A DNA stretch of 64,000 nucleotides from Haliotis rufescens (lineage: Eukaryota): NCBI RefSeq assembly GCF_023055435.1, contig NW_025964223.1, positions 47,120,001 to 47,184,000 of the forward strand, read 5' to 3'. Within the stretch, counting starts at the first letter, position 1. The number at the start of each line of letters is the position of its first letter. Of the stretch, positions 1 to 12,610 are shown one piece after another. Below the pieces are notes generated by a model. It was not told where the DNA came from. It searched no databases and saw only the letters and a list, made by a program, of their open reading frames with translations. The position numbers and the translations under genes were made by a program.

Positions 1-128
1 ATTGCGTAGATCGATGCTCATGGTGTAAATCGCTGGATTGTATGGTCAAGACTTTATTATATACAGAACGCCGTCATATAGCTGGAATAATGCTGAGTGC
101 GGCGTTAAACAACAAACAAACAACAAAC
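1..128 (+). mobile_element. SINE family C, 3' part (AAAC-repeat tail), cut by window edge
   Basis: Aligns by eye with 29122-29364 and 41224-41490; ends GGAATAATGCTGAGTGCGGCGTTAAAC(AAAC)n. Confidence 0.8.
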
Positions 129-1457
129 CCGTGTGCTTCATTACCTGTTTGCTATTAGTTATTCTTACTGTACCTTTGGCTTCATCCAGTTATCTGTATG
201 CTACTTGTTATCTATCATCTGTTGTTGTGAAACTTAATATTCTGCTTATCACGACATATCATACATATACGTCTAATCTCTTGGTTGTTGTCACTCCAGC
301 TGGATAACGGTGAATGAATCTACATCAAAACATCGCTATATGTAATAAACCAGAAGTTCAAATCCCTAAAGTTGCACGTTTTCTTACTAACTCACCAACT
401 TCTAGAATGCCAATCAAACAATTAGTAGTCGTCATTATCGCGCATTGGATGACTTAAACATTCACTACAGTAAGCGTGCGTTGACCTTCGATAGCCTACC
501 CCAATGGCCACCGGCAATGCATTGTGGGTAATCTGGTATTACGTGGAGTCCCTTCCGTATATCCTTACTAAAACAAATTTACAGTTACTTGACACATCAT
601 TTGTCATCTCCAAACCCTAGCAAAATCGATGACCCTCAAAATATCAATATCTCTGAAATATATCACCTGGCTGCATATGTAGACCAGATTTGGTTTTAAT
701 ACAGACTACATCGTACTTGATGTTGATACCCCTGACTTCTCATGTCTGCCATCAAGATTAAACAATTGTTGCGTGCGGTAAATAGGCCACAAGGTGTTGC
801 GTTTGTGCTGTCACAACCGGGTATTAAATCTAAAGTGGTTCATACCATGTAATCGGAAATATTATGCAATGCTATGCCCCGTTTTCACGAAAACGTGTAT
901 ATTATTTTATGTTCATCTTCTTAATGAGACATTTTATAAAACGCCACAGTTGAATATGAATATGCGTGGGAAGGAGAGTTTTTTTTATTATATTAGTTCA
1001 TTTGACGTATTTGTCACAAAATGCAGCCGAAATGTTTGTTTTAAGACCCTGTGACGTCAGCAAAATGTATTGACTTCAGGAAGAGACTAGAGTAGCCCAT
1101 TAGTATAACACATCAACATTTGAATTTAAGGGTAGCGTCCCTTTGGTCGCATCTAAATAAGCTCGTCGCATTTTCAAAACCAAGGTTTTCTTAGCATCTT
1201 GGGTTTCACCAAATATCGGTAACGCTGGAGTATAAGTTGGCAGGCCGTGATATATCTGAGATATTGTTCAAAGCGGCATCATACCCATTCACTCACTCAT
1301 ATCAGTAAAACGCGTTTCCAAACTGATACGCGTGTCTCCAGAACACACCATTGTTAACTGAGAGCCGGTCGAAGTGCATTAAACAAAACGCAGGCGTGAG
1401 ACAACAATGTCATTGCAACAGCTGTAAGGCGAACATGCATGGACTGTGTGAGTGAAT

Positions 1458-2378
1458 ATGGGAAATACTTCCACGAGGATAACAGGATATCGTGTCTCCA
1501 CGAGACTTGGAGGTGGGTGTTTTGGTGTTGTTTATAAAATAAAAAGCAAGACCGACGCCAAAGCATATGCACTTAAAGAAATCTACCGAGGAAAAAGTCC
1601 CAACGGCTTGGACTCCTTACACAGGGAGGTTAACATCCACGAACAGCTGCCTTACCATAGAAATATCGTCAGATTCATTGAATGTTTCAAACGTGAGTTC
1701 AAACTCTATATCGTGTTGGAATTTTGTTCTCTTGGAACATTGAATGACTACATCATAAGGAACGACGTGTCTGACCAGGCACTCCTGTATTTTATGTTTG
1801 ACACAGCGAGAGGCCTGCAGCACATCCACCGATATAATATAGTTCACCGTGACATTAAACCAGATAACGTGTTGCTATCGCCTGGCAAGTTTGGAATTCC
1901 AACATGCAAGATTTGTGACTTCGGTTTGGCCAGGTATTGTGATAAGGGTGGTGTGGTTGGACAGCGATGTGATAACGATCCCCCAGCATCAGATGACGGA
2001 CCAATGATGTACATGGCACCAGAGGTCACGTCTGGATTATATACTTTAGCTTGTGACATATTTTCACTTGGCATGTTGTATTTCGTAATGTACTCGCGTC
2101 ACGTGACAGAGTTCAAAGGGCGGAAAGTCCTCGAACCCCACGCTCACGGATATCCTATGTTCACAGCCCCAGACAGCATTGTTGAAACTGAGATCAAGCG
2201 ATATATACGAGGTCAACTTAACCGAGATTTGGTTATCTCGATGTTGAAGAAGACGCCTAGCGATCGGTACACTATTTGCACTGTGTTGGAGAAGCTGTAT
2301 GAATTATTTGCATGTGCGATATCTTCCGACAAAGACGATAACACCACGTGCCGTATTTCAAATGGACATATTCAGTAG
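1458..2378 (+). CDS. Intronless Ser/Thr protein kinase, PDIK1L/STK35-like, 306 aa from ATG 1458
   Basis: Kinase motifs in order: GGGCFGVV, ALK, HREV, HRDIKPDN, DFG, YMAPE, DIFSLG, DRYT. The first ATG is at 1458 (the ORF track starts at an upstream GTG). Family assignment rests on recalled similarity of HRDxKPDN and YMAPEV..G.YT...DIF.LG. Confidence 0.88.
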   Translation: MGNTSTRITGYRVSTRLGGGCFGVVYKIKSKTDAKAYALKEIYRGKSPNGLDSLHREVNIHEQLPYHRNIVRFIECFKREFKLYIVLEFCSLGTLNDYIIRNDVSDQALLYFMFDTARGLQHIHRYNIVHRDIKPDNVLLSPGKFGIPTCKICDFGLARYCDKGGVVGQRCDNDPPASDDGPMMYMAPEVTSGLYTLACDIFSLGMLYFVMYSRHVTEFKGRKVLEPHAHGYPMFTAPDSIVETEIKRYIRGQLNRDLVISMLKKTPSDRYTICTVLEKLYELFACAISSDKDDNTTCRISNGHIQ

Positions 2379-3019
2379 AGTAACATCCCAGCAGCTGTGA
2401 CACGGTTTATTTGTATATCATGTGAAATACAAACACAGCATGACACACTCAAAGATTGATTAGCGGGTTTCAATTTAGCGTGAGTGATCGATCGTATACC
2501 TGTATGCATGTATTCTCTCCGGGCCTTCCCATATTTAACTTAAATGGGAATTGTGTTTGAGCACATGAATCCATACATATTACATAACCGGTCGTGTATT
2601 TAATTTGTCATGTTTGTGAGCATATTTCATGTGGACAGTATGAAGCATATGGTAGCATATGTATGGGCATATGGCTAAAAACTTTTCTCATATGTACTAA
2701 TGTCAGTAAGACCCGATACCGGATACAATATCTTCCTGAATGTAAGTGTTTGTTTTTGTAATTGGTGTCTCCGTGTGTATTTCCTTAATGGACGAACATC
2801 CCCCTTGGTTTTAGAATAACATACATCGTGTGTAGTTAATTTGGTACTACGGCAAGGGAAGTTTGTTGAGATCGGCAAATGAATCAGATGTGAGAGCGCC
2901 ATGTCTGGATGTGTACACGTGGAGGAAGAGTTAGACATAAACAGTTGTAGTAGACATAACCATGTCGGCAGTCAGGGTACGTCAGTGTGTTGATATAACG
3001 GTACACACATACTGCCTGG

Positions 3020-3366
3020 AACCGCCTCCGTGGTGTATATGTATAATATGTGGAGCGTCTGCTCGGACCGCGGAATGTCGGTGATTCGATTCCCTGGCTG
3101 CGTCATACCAAAATACGCTAAAAGATTAATATACTTGTTGTTACCCTACGCGGTGCTCGGCATTAAGGAGATTGAACAGGGACTGGCGACTCGGAGTCAG
3201 TATAATTAGTGTCTGAGTGCTGTATCCATCTTAAACTGCAGCATGGTATCTCAGTGGGCTGGCACTATAAAATCAATGCGGATCAATACGAGCAGTCACG
3301 CATACACTATAACCTAAAGTAAAATAATCTTAAACGCAACATTAAACAACATGTCACCTCACCTCT
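3020..3366 (+). mobile_element. tRNA-derived SINE family B (~345 bp; central GTCATACCAAA domain resembling the Meta-SINE core)
   Basis: Colinear with 37631-37984; degenerate TSD CATACTG(C/A)CTGG at 3008-3019 and 3367-3378. Confidence 0.8.
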
Positions 3367-3949
3367 CATACTGACTGGTTTGTCAAACACAAAGATACTG
3401 TTTCAATACCTCACTTGACTACGAATACTCCCGTGCCAAATATAGGGGTACTGTCAATTAATTATGACGAAATTTTACATCAGTAGTCCTATAGGTATGT
3501 CCATTAAGAACAAAATGTCAGCCTCCTCAAAATCCAAGATGCCTACATGTGTGAAAAGCATTTATCTATTTGTGTCAGACATTCATAGCATAATTCGCAC
3601 TCACTCACTCCATGCCTGCACACATGAGACATGTTTTCATACTTTGTAACATGACGACAAATTACACAAATACGGATGGTATAATGTCTAAAACAATCTC
3701 TGCAGCACTTGAAACAGTTATAAACGATGTAACATATTACCATGGCCCGTTGGGCTTTGTCTTCATTGTTAAAGAAATTACAGTGGCAAGTTATATCATT
3801 TGACCGTAGATAATCGAAAGCTAATGCAAAGTAGAAACATGAACATATTTGACCACTTATTATTGACCTGCAGCTAGACCCCGTCTCATTTGACGTGTTC
3901 CATGTAATCATACATGGCTCAAGGGTTCAAATGTCCTTGTACACAGAGG

Positions 3950-4160
3950 TTTTGTTTTTAGTTTAAAGCTGTAACTACATCACGGCGGCCTGAAAAAATG
4001 ATCTGATGTGGACCAGTGACTGATATTATGAGCAACGTCTCGGGTCGTCGGGGTACGATGCCACCCAATCTACCAAATGACTCAGCCTATCCACCCGATC
4101 TATACAGTGACCTTTTGCGACAAGCATGGGATGTTTGGAACCACCTGTTCTAACCCTGAC
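3950..4160 (-). mobile_element. Degenerate SINE family C copy
   Basis: Reverse complement shows patchy similarity to 41224-41490 (GGGTTAGAACAGGT, CATGCTTGTCGCAAAAGG, CACTGGTCCA). Confidence 0.55.
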
Positions 4161-4614
4161 TACCCAAGGGCTCTTTGTGTATCCATAGTACACATACCGA
4201 CGAGTTTGGTTTCAAATGAACTTACAGATATCGAGACGACAATCGATTGTTTTTCAATGACTGTCCTGAGTTGTGCCCCTTAACCATGCCAGGATCCGAT
4301 GAATTCCCGATGATGATCATAGGTTCCATTTGGTAGCACCATATACATTCTCATGCATGACGATCTGTGATGATTTTGGCTTTCCTCTCGCATGAAGCTG
4401 TCACGCCGTAATGTTAACTGAAATTCTGTACAGCATGGTGCTCAACCCAATTCACTCACTTAAACTCGCACTGAACACGTATTCCTGACAATCTCCAGTA
4501 GGCCCTTTATATACAGTGAAGGACAACATAACAACAATCTACTTTAAAATAAATTATAAACACTGTCCATATACATGTAGTTAGTGAACTAGTTAAACAC
4601 ACATCATTATTTAC

Positions 4615-4923
4615 GGGTATCAAATCAGTCGCAGTTTACCTCAGGGACATGTTACACATAAGTATGAACACACGTGTACACGGACATGGGAATCTTGTCA
4701 GCGTGTTAACGTGTGAATAAGGGTATCACATGTACATCAGTCGCAGTTTACCTCAGGGACATGTTACACATAAATGTGTACACGGACGTGGGAATCTTGT
4801 CAGTGTGTTAACGTGTGAATAAGGGTATCAAATCAGTCGCAGTTTACCTCAGGGACATGTCACACATAAGTATGAACACATGTGTACACGGACATGGGAA
4901 TCTTGTCAGTGTGTTAACGTGTG
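4615..4923. repeat. Tandem repeat, ~101-106 bp unit, 3 copies
   Basis: GGGTATCA...ATCAGTCGCAGTTTACCTCAGGGACATG...GGGAATCTTGTCAG..TGTTAACGTGTG recurs at ~4615, 4721 and 4822. Confidence 0.92.
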
Positions 4924-4963
4924 CAACATAGAATGCATGCCGCTGATGGAGAAGCTTATCTTT

Positions 4964-5150
4964 GAAAGGCATTTAGGAGTGATACACATAAGGATGAGAA
5001 TTTATGGATGTCAGCGTCTTTATCATAAGGAACACAACGTTTCGGAGTATATACTTATTCATTCATCATGTGAATGATGAAGGAGTAAGTATATACTCCG
5101 AAGCGTTGTGTTCCTTACAATTAAAAAGTTGACATCCATAAATATCTTCC
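4964..5150. mobile_element. Head-to-head inverted pair of Penelope-like pLTR fragments with decayed hammerhead motifs
   Basis: Arms are mutual reverse complements around ~5070, and both match 42845-42956. Confidence 0.7.
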
Positions 5151-6676
5151 TAAAAATATGTATCTTCTCTCGCTTTTAAAACATATCTTATCTGATACTG
5201 ACTATACACCTACACAATATACAATGCGTTGACGTTTACAACATGGAAATAAGGTAATGAGGAGTACATTTAAAGACGTAGCATATCTATTGGGTACAAT
5301 AATGCTTAACTTATCTTATCTTGTTTATTAAACTTATCTTCATCATACAGTATATACACCACAAGACTTCATTAATACCTTGGAATGTGTTTCTGCACTC
5401 ACTTTATTTATTTTCAAAGAACATTTCTATTATCGGAATATTGAGATGGAGTGAGTGAATCTGCTAGTGTGCCGCAGTCAGTTGTACTAGTATTCAAGAT
5501 GGTATCCAGTCTGTCAATACACACTCAGAACTGACACAGGCCAACCAGGGATGATATAGGTATTTACAGCATGAGCTGTCTGGGTTCTTTGACACACATT
5601 CAGCCAGGTCACACATTCTTCATTCCTGTTATTGGTATTCACTGATGGGATGGCTGGAATACTGCGGACATTGGCCCTCCTGACTCTCTCACGCAATGCA
5701 GTTTATAGCAGAAGTGTATCGTTGTGAAAGCTATAACATATTTTATGGGCGATTTGGGTGTAATTTAGATTGGCGTGTCGTGTATGGGTAGCCTCCCTTT
5801 CAACGTCACCAGTACATATACTACACTAACCTGTTATAAAATCTCTAAATCTCAAAATATCAACTCTAATAATTTTAACATATTTCACTTGTTTACAGTT
5901 TAGACAATGCCGAGCTAGGAACACATAATCTGGTCAATACTGCCTGCAGATCATAGCGATAACAGTTCTGGACCAAACCGGCTCAATACAGTACATAATG
6001 GTAATGTGTCTTTACCGGTTTATTTGTACCGGCACAGAATTATCATGTTTTATTGCGTTAATACTACATGCTATTTAACCGTTACCGACCCAAGGCTTGT
6101 TTCGCTCAGGTACCGATGTACTGATACTGTTTACTGGCAATGTGAATAGAAAGTTAATCGAGGCGTTATTGATTCTCTGCAAATGAGATACTACTGGTTT
6201 GTTTATACAGGCCATGCAATGGCTCCTATGCCGGGATTGTATTGCTTCAGTACCAAAGGCAGTACAGTTTCAATGTATCGGGCGAAAATTTGATCAGAGG
6301 ATCCTGTAAAGATACTTAAGTAAATATGCCTGACATTAATCACCATTTTTGTTTCTTGTAGACTGCCACACGAGGGTTGAGTGATAAATTCTGGGCCTCA
6401 CATAGACGGAATTGCGTAATAGTGATATATTTAGTTGTGAACATTACATGATTTCATACAGGCAAATCCACAAAAACTTTAGTCTATTGAGCAAATTGTT
6501 TCGCTGTGACAAGTCAGTAAAATAAACAGGGGTCTGTGACCTTTTGAAAATGAATAAACTTTAGGAACGTAGAATGATCGAGGTCTTGTCGAAAAAGGGC
6601 CCAAAACCATAAGCCAACCATGAACATATATGAGTACAAGACTAGGGAAGAATGCCCCTACCTATGCCACCGAAAA

Positions 6677-6840
6677 GTGAGTGAGTATGGTTTTACGCAG
6701 CTTGTAGAAATATTCCAGAAATATCACGGCGGGGGAAACCATAAATGGGCTTTACACATTGTACTAATGTCGGGAATCGAACCCGGGTCTTCGGCGTGAC
6801 GAGCGAACGCTTTAACCACTAGGCTACCCGACCGCGCCCC
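6677..6840 (-). mobile_element. tRNA-derived SINE family A (~165 bp, CACT-repeat tail)
   Basis: Minus strand has an A box (TAGCCTAGTGG), a B box (GGTTCGATTCC) and a tail CATACTCACTCAC; further copies at 7762-7908 and 36671-36760. Confidence 0.85.
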
Positions 6841-7004
6841 CACCGTAATGAGGTAGTCAGCAGAGTGTAAGCCTGGTAGGGAGAGCATTGAAAACAACCC
6901 CGTTCAGGGAGTCCTGACCAACACCAGAAATGATCAAGAGAATCCACAAAATGATAATGACCGCCCGGCGAATGAGTTCAAACAACAATCAAAACTGAGA
7001 CAAT

Positions 7005-7190
7005 TAAGGGGTGAAATTAAGACTAAGAGACGTGGGAAGCTGCGAAAAGGTGCGCTTTTCCTTCACAAAAATGCGCCAGTGCACAAATTAGTCTTTGTCA
7101 TGTCTACAATCCATGAGTGTAGCTTTGAACTCCTTGAACCATCCTTATTTTCCAGATCTGGCTCCGTCAGACTGCCATCTGTTGCCAGCT
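7005..7190 (+). mobile_element. Degenerate mariner transposase fragment
   Basis: Manual translation LRGEIKTKRRGKLRKGALFLHKNAPVHK...FELLE/PYFPDLAPSDCHL matches the mariner HDNAxxH and YSPDLAPSD motifs; frameshifted. Confidence 0.75.
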
Positions 7191-7319
7191 CTAGCTGGAG
7201 CCCATTTCGACTCGAATGATGATAACTGTAGGAGATCCTTTTAGGGATAACTATAAAGATAGTTTGACCCAATGACCGTTCATCCTTAATCGCGAAACTA
7301 TTTGTTTACGTATAACAGC

Positions 7320-7630
7320 ACGGTGTAGTGGATGGGGCGGCTGTGAGGAGAGCGGAAGGCTTGTGGTTCGATCCCCTGTCAACGATGTACCAAAAGATGA
7401 TACTTGTTGTTGCACGGCTGGGCTAAATCAAGGACTGGTCAGTTCGGAGTCAGCATAATGAGTCAGAGCATGCTATCCGTGTTAATCTGCAATATGGTGT
7501 CTCGGTAGGCAAGCACTGTAAAACCGACCTAATACAGGTCTAGTACAAGCAACCGCACATATGCGTGCATGCACAGAGCTATATGAGAAATAATCTTCAA
7601 CGCGAAGTTGAAACCCTATTTCGCTTCGTC
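7320..7630 (+). mobile_element. Degenerate SINE family B copy
   Basis: B box GGTTCGATCCCC; body colinear with 37631-37984. Confidence 0.7.
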
Positions 7631-7761
7631 ACATCTGTATTTCCGGGGGAAATATTTTGTTGGTCTTGGTTGTAGAACGTTTTAGAGGTGATGGTACTGA
7701 GACTATTTTTCCGAAGATGAAACACCTGGTATTTCACAATGACTCTTAGGCTGAGCCTTAC

Positions 7762-7908
7762 GAGTGACTGAGTATGGTTTCACCCAGCTTTTCGCAATAG
7801 TCCAGTTGCAATACGGCAGGGAATTGGACTTTCGATATTTTACCCATGTGGAGAATAGAAGTCATTGCTCCGGCTGGACGAGCGAACACTTTAACCACTA
7901 GGTTACCG
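7762..7908 (-). mobile_element. Degenerate SINE family A copy
   Basis: Colinear with 6677-6840. Confidence 0.7.
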
Positions 7909-10189
7909 AGCTTGTTTGGGTTTAGGATTACGACAGGATCGAGTACGACAAACCTTAGGATTTAACGTTATAATCTTTAAAATACGTTGAAAACATATAT
8001 TTACTCTAAAGTTGATATCTTAGGTCAGGCTGGATAGCATATATCGGTGTCCAGGATAGCCGATGTAGGTATTAATGGCTGACGGAGTAGTCTATTTGGG
8101 TGTTTATAGCAGGCGGTGGTGGTGTTCGGGGTAGGCGGGGTAGGCTATGGAAGCATTTTGGTTAGGTTGGTAGAAGGACATGGCGGTGTTGAGAATAAAG
8201 TTGAAGCCTATGGTAGTGTTTAGGGTAGGCAGGGCAGCCTATCGCGATGTTTAGGGCAGGCGGGTTAGCATTTGGTAGTGTTTGTGGCAGGCATGCTCCT
8301 TAGTTTCACCATAGTGGTAAACGTAGATTCGGGCTTTCTCCCACACCAAGCTGGCACGGACTGATATTGCTGAAACTCGTTCACTATATTATTTTCAAAC
8401 GCACAGCCAGTCAGCATGTTTAATAAAAGCGAATATATAAACTAATACATGTATAAAGAACACCTGCTGTCTTGAAAACAGTTATGCCTTTTTGAAAATA
8501 TGTGCTTACGTATTTTATATATTCCTGAGAGTACAGGGAGTACAGGGTCGGGGCCCTGAAAATGCCCAATGTAGATCATTCTCTTTCGAAATCTTGTGTA
8601 AGATCTTGTTAGCCTAGAACGAGTCACAGCACGTAAGGACATGTCCCTGGACATTCTTCCTGAAGTGATTCTGTGCTCTCACTGCTTGGTTCAATGATAA
8701 CACACGGATCAGCCCATGCCTTGCACCGCACTACAAACAACCAAGTCAGTTCCTGGAACTGCGACAGTTTTCTTCACAAAAACTTTAATTCACCAAATAT
8801 GACAACAAATTTGAATGCAAATCAACAAAATGAAAAGGTGCACAAACAATCCACCAATATCCTCAAATATAATATCTGAGTTAGCAGAAGACACTTCTGT
8901 AAACGTAAAACAAGACGCCTTCTAACAATAAAGACTGCCCCTCTAGTCTCAATGGTAATGGCTCGTAATCAGGATTCATTTAAGAGGCACATAAATATAA
9001 CGTTTTGGAATAGAAGGTAAATACTCCTCCCTAACAACAGCAGACTTTGGTAGCTGAACACCACAAACATACTCACCCTCGGTGATTAATGACATTAGAA
9101 ATACGCTGGGACGATATGTTAGATAGCAACATATAGAATACTATACGAGTGGATTGTTTTGGTATCTGACGTGCGAACTATTCAGTAGTTTCATGAAATT
9201 AGTATTTTTTATTTATTACTTGTTCAAATGTGAGTGTCTTGTGTGAAAAGGCAGACATATACGCGACCCAGTATAATCCAATTGAGATTAACAGAACAAT
9301 ACCTCAAACGCGTCCTTGCTCAGCTCCTACATGGAGGATATATTTTGTCCTCCTCCTTCATTACTCACTGGTGCTAAATGGCTTCAAGTGTAGAATCAGA
9401 GATGCCGTTTTCCCTTGAGCAGATTTGAGAAGTACATAACCCATCTCTTCATTTGCTTGCCTCTGTCACGGATCTTTTGCCCTTGCGGATGTCAGGGGCA
9501 CCGTCTCGTTTTGAATTTGACCGATTCTCTCTTGTTGTTGCCGTACACACCTTGGATGATCCCATCATTAGTGGATAATTGAATGCCCTGACAGACATGC
9601 AACAAGCTTCCGACGCTTTTGGGGGATCAGGCTTGTTTCATGTAATTCGACTGTGAACCTTTGTGATTGGCCTCACGTGAATTCTTGGGCTGTTACTTAT
9701 TGCTGCTGCTTATTTTACCTATCGTATTGCTTTTACGAGTATTTACTTAAAACAGTGTGTTTCAATACAAAGTTATTGATTATTCATTGATCTTGTGTGG
9801 TTATCTTCTCATTTCACAATTTAGTTCTGTTGGTACCGATATCTGGGTTAAGCTTTGTGTTTCAATTTGGACATCACGTCGCACCACTTGGACCTTGTTT
9901 CCATCATATAATCACAGCCGTGTGGTTGTATATAGTTCAACCAGTTAAGAAGTCTGACAAATGCTGCATTCAACACCCACTGTTCTTAATACTGTATTTA
10001 TCAGTATCATAGTATTACTAATATCTCTTAAGCGCGAACCCATGACTGCGTCTCTTCTATATATTATTAAGCATTATTCCTCTGAATATATGTTATTAAA
10101 TGTATTTATAAATCTGTCAGCATTATTTATTAATCCGCATGTTTATTTAGCGCGCGTGTGTGTGCGTGCGTACGTGTGTGTTTGTTTCG

Positions 10190-11160
10190 TGTTTCATATT
10201 GCGAATTAAACCATGTAATCCCGAAGACCTCGGTGTTTCCTGCATAATTGGAAGGATGTGTGCCCGAAGAATTTCATCCGTGTATTTATAACATTGTGCA
10301 GTTACATTCCACAGAACGTGCACCAAATTTGTTCTACCAGTGTCGGAGATGGATGCCCACATCATCACACAACCACCACCAAATCTGTCCACGTCCTGTA
10401 TACAGTTTCGGGCACAACGTTCCTCGCGACGACTGTAGGCACGATCATCCGCACGGCCAAGCATAAAACATGACTCGTCACTAAACCAAACGCAGTTTGA
10501 TCGCAGTCGTTGCCATACTCTGTGACCATGATACCATTGCCGTCGCAGCCGACGATGCAGGTCCGTCAAACTGACACCTGGAACTGGTCGTCCAGCGAGA
10601 ATACCTTCAGCGCGTAAACGGTAACTCACAGCCAGGGCTGATATCAAACGCAATCCTGGTATTGCCGTAGTTGTTGAGGTGGCCGGGGTGATTCTTCCAC
10701 GAACGTGACGTAGCCGTGTGAACCTGTCCTTAGCTCTAGGAGTGATACGTGGTCGTCTGGATCTGGGAATATCACGTTTTGTCCACAGTCTTGTAATGGT
10801 GCTTGGTGCTACGTAATGAAACCTGACTATAGCTGCAGCCGATTATCCTGTTTGCAGTTAGCCGATGGCGTTGTTGCCTTGGGCATCTTTTTGCTGTTCA
10901 CTATGATGGCATGCAAATATAACCCCAACGTTTTTATCTCCCAACGTAAACAATCGATGTTGCACTTCGCTAGGCAGAGTAGTGTTGCCTGGATCCTAGC
11001 ATGAGCTGGTCGTTCTTTCGAAACTTTGGTCTTTTACCATACATTTGCCTGGAGTTTTATAAAAGATATACAAAAGAAGTACATGGTACCAAAGTCGTCC
11101 ATGTCATTTTTTCCCCACACATTAAGTTAACATATGATGCTTTAGCTTTTTTCGTACCGT
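10190..11160 (-). mobile_element. Degenerate Tc1-type transposon (boundaries approximate)
   Basis: ORF 10147-10653 contains WFSDES, RFGGGCVMMWASIS and NVTAQCY; upstream frames give HTH-region remnants (RSRRPRITPRAKDRF). Confidence 0.8.
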
Positions 11161-12610
11161 TGCACGTGAAGTTTGAACCCAGCCATTCTTCAAATGTAGT
11201 CGGTATCATTTAAGCTCGACATGGCTATCAGACTAGTATTTGTATAAATTATTTCAAGATGACAATTCATACATTGTAACTGATAAGGTAGATTTGAGCT
11301 GGCTATTATTTGTATAGTGGGAATATTTGAAATATGTCTACATAGTCGTCACATCAAGTAATAACGTCATATTGTTGATAGTCATTGTGGAGACATAAAT
11401 GGAATTAATATAATTAATGCGAACGACAACTCGCATTTTTCGCATCACGCTTGCGTTAATTTCAAGATTTACAGTATATGGTTCGCATACATATTTAATA
11501 AGTTATAAATTCATGGTACGTGTTAGATAATTCATTGTTCTGTATTCCGTTGATATTTGCGATATAATGAACGATGAATAAGGTAGACTAGTCGTGATTT
11601 CGCCCCTTAGCTCAGAATTGTAGTTTTATCACAGTATGTTAATCTGTCCAAGGTAAGCCCAAAATAATACAAGCCTTAGATTTTGTGAAACCCTCGGGCA
11701 CGGGTGTGGTACTGACAAACGAAGGAGCATAATGAGGGTGAATCATTAATGCATGATCATTGATTTGTCGAATGCATAGGCATCCCAACATATTGTGTTC
11801 ACGGCACCTTAGGTAGCTGGTTCACCCTTGCCCAATATCTTGAGGAAAAGCTGAGTCACAGCCTATTCTGTATTGTGTAATAAATCACCTTCATTATGCG
11901 CCCGGCATAATTTCGCTGAAAGGCTTGTACCATTCGTCTACTTCTGCTTACTCGGCTAGGACTTACTATTGAGGGTCGTGTTGTTTGACAAACCACATAC
12001 CATTACTTTCCAATAAATACCGACTGTACAGCTGCATGACTACTATACGTTCCACATAATGCGACTACGCCGATCACGTTGCGCATAAACCTTCGCACAA
12101 ACTTCGAGAAAAAAGTTTTTATTTTATCCCAAATAGTTTTACTGTTAGGAATCAATTGCATAATGTTGACATTGAAGGCTTACTGTGACGAAAAATCAAT
12201 GACGTTAACAAGTGACAAGTTGTAGTCAATATCCAGTAATTGTCTGTACCTTTTTAAATCAACAGATAATTGATGACTCCGCCCATTGCGAATGTCTGTC
12301 ATTGATCTAAGTGTGTGAGAAGAGAGAATGAGCTGCGAATGTGTGCATTGTGGTATATAACGATGTCACGCATTATGCCCCTTTAATGCACTAGGCGTGT
12401 ACAGTAACTGATGGATAATGGTTAATTAATGGATACCAGTATACTGCCATAGTAGTTTTACTGCGCGATATACTCGTGTCTGCGTTCACTGTTATGCAAT
12501 ACACTGTGGCTGGATCGCACTGACTGCTGGCATTGAAAAAATGAATAATTGTTCTGAACACCCAGATAATAACTTCCTGAAAGGAACACATTAGGTCTTA
12601 CTTCTCAAAG

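Noticed and set aside
4615-4923. Regularly spaced repeats as a CRISPR-like array
   Set aside because: Whole units repeat with no unique spacers; eukaryotic context, no cas genes.
6770-6840. tRNA-Asp-like cloverleaf (GTC)
   Set aside because: No proper acceptor stem; it is the head of multi-copy SINE family A.
8080-8290. G-rich degenerate ~33-bp repeats containing TTAGGG/TTAGG-like words
   Set aside because: Too degenerate to call an interstitial telomere or a functional G-quadruplex; treated as an old minisatellite.
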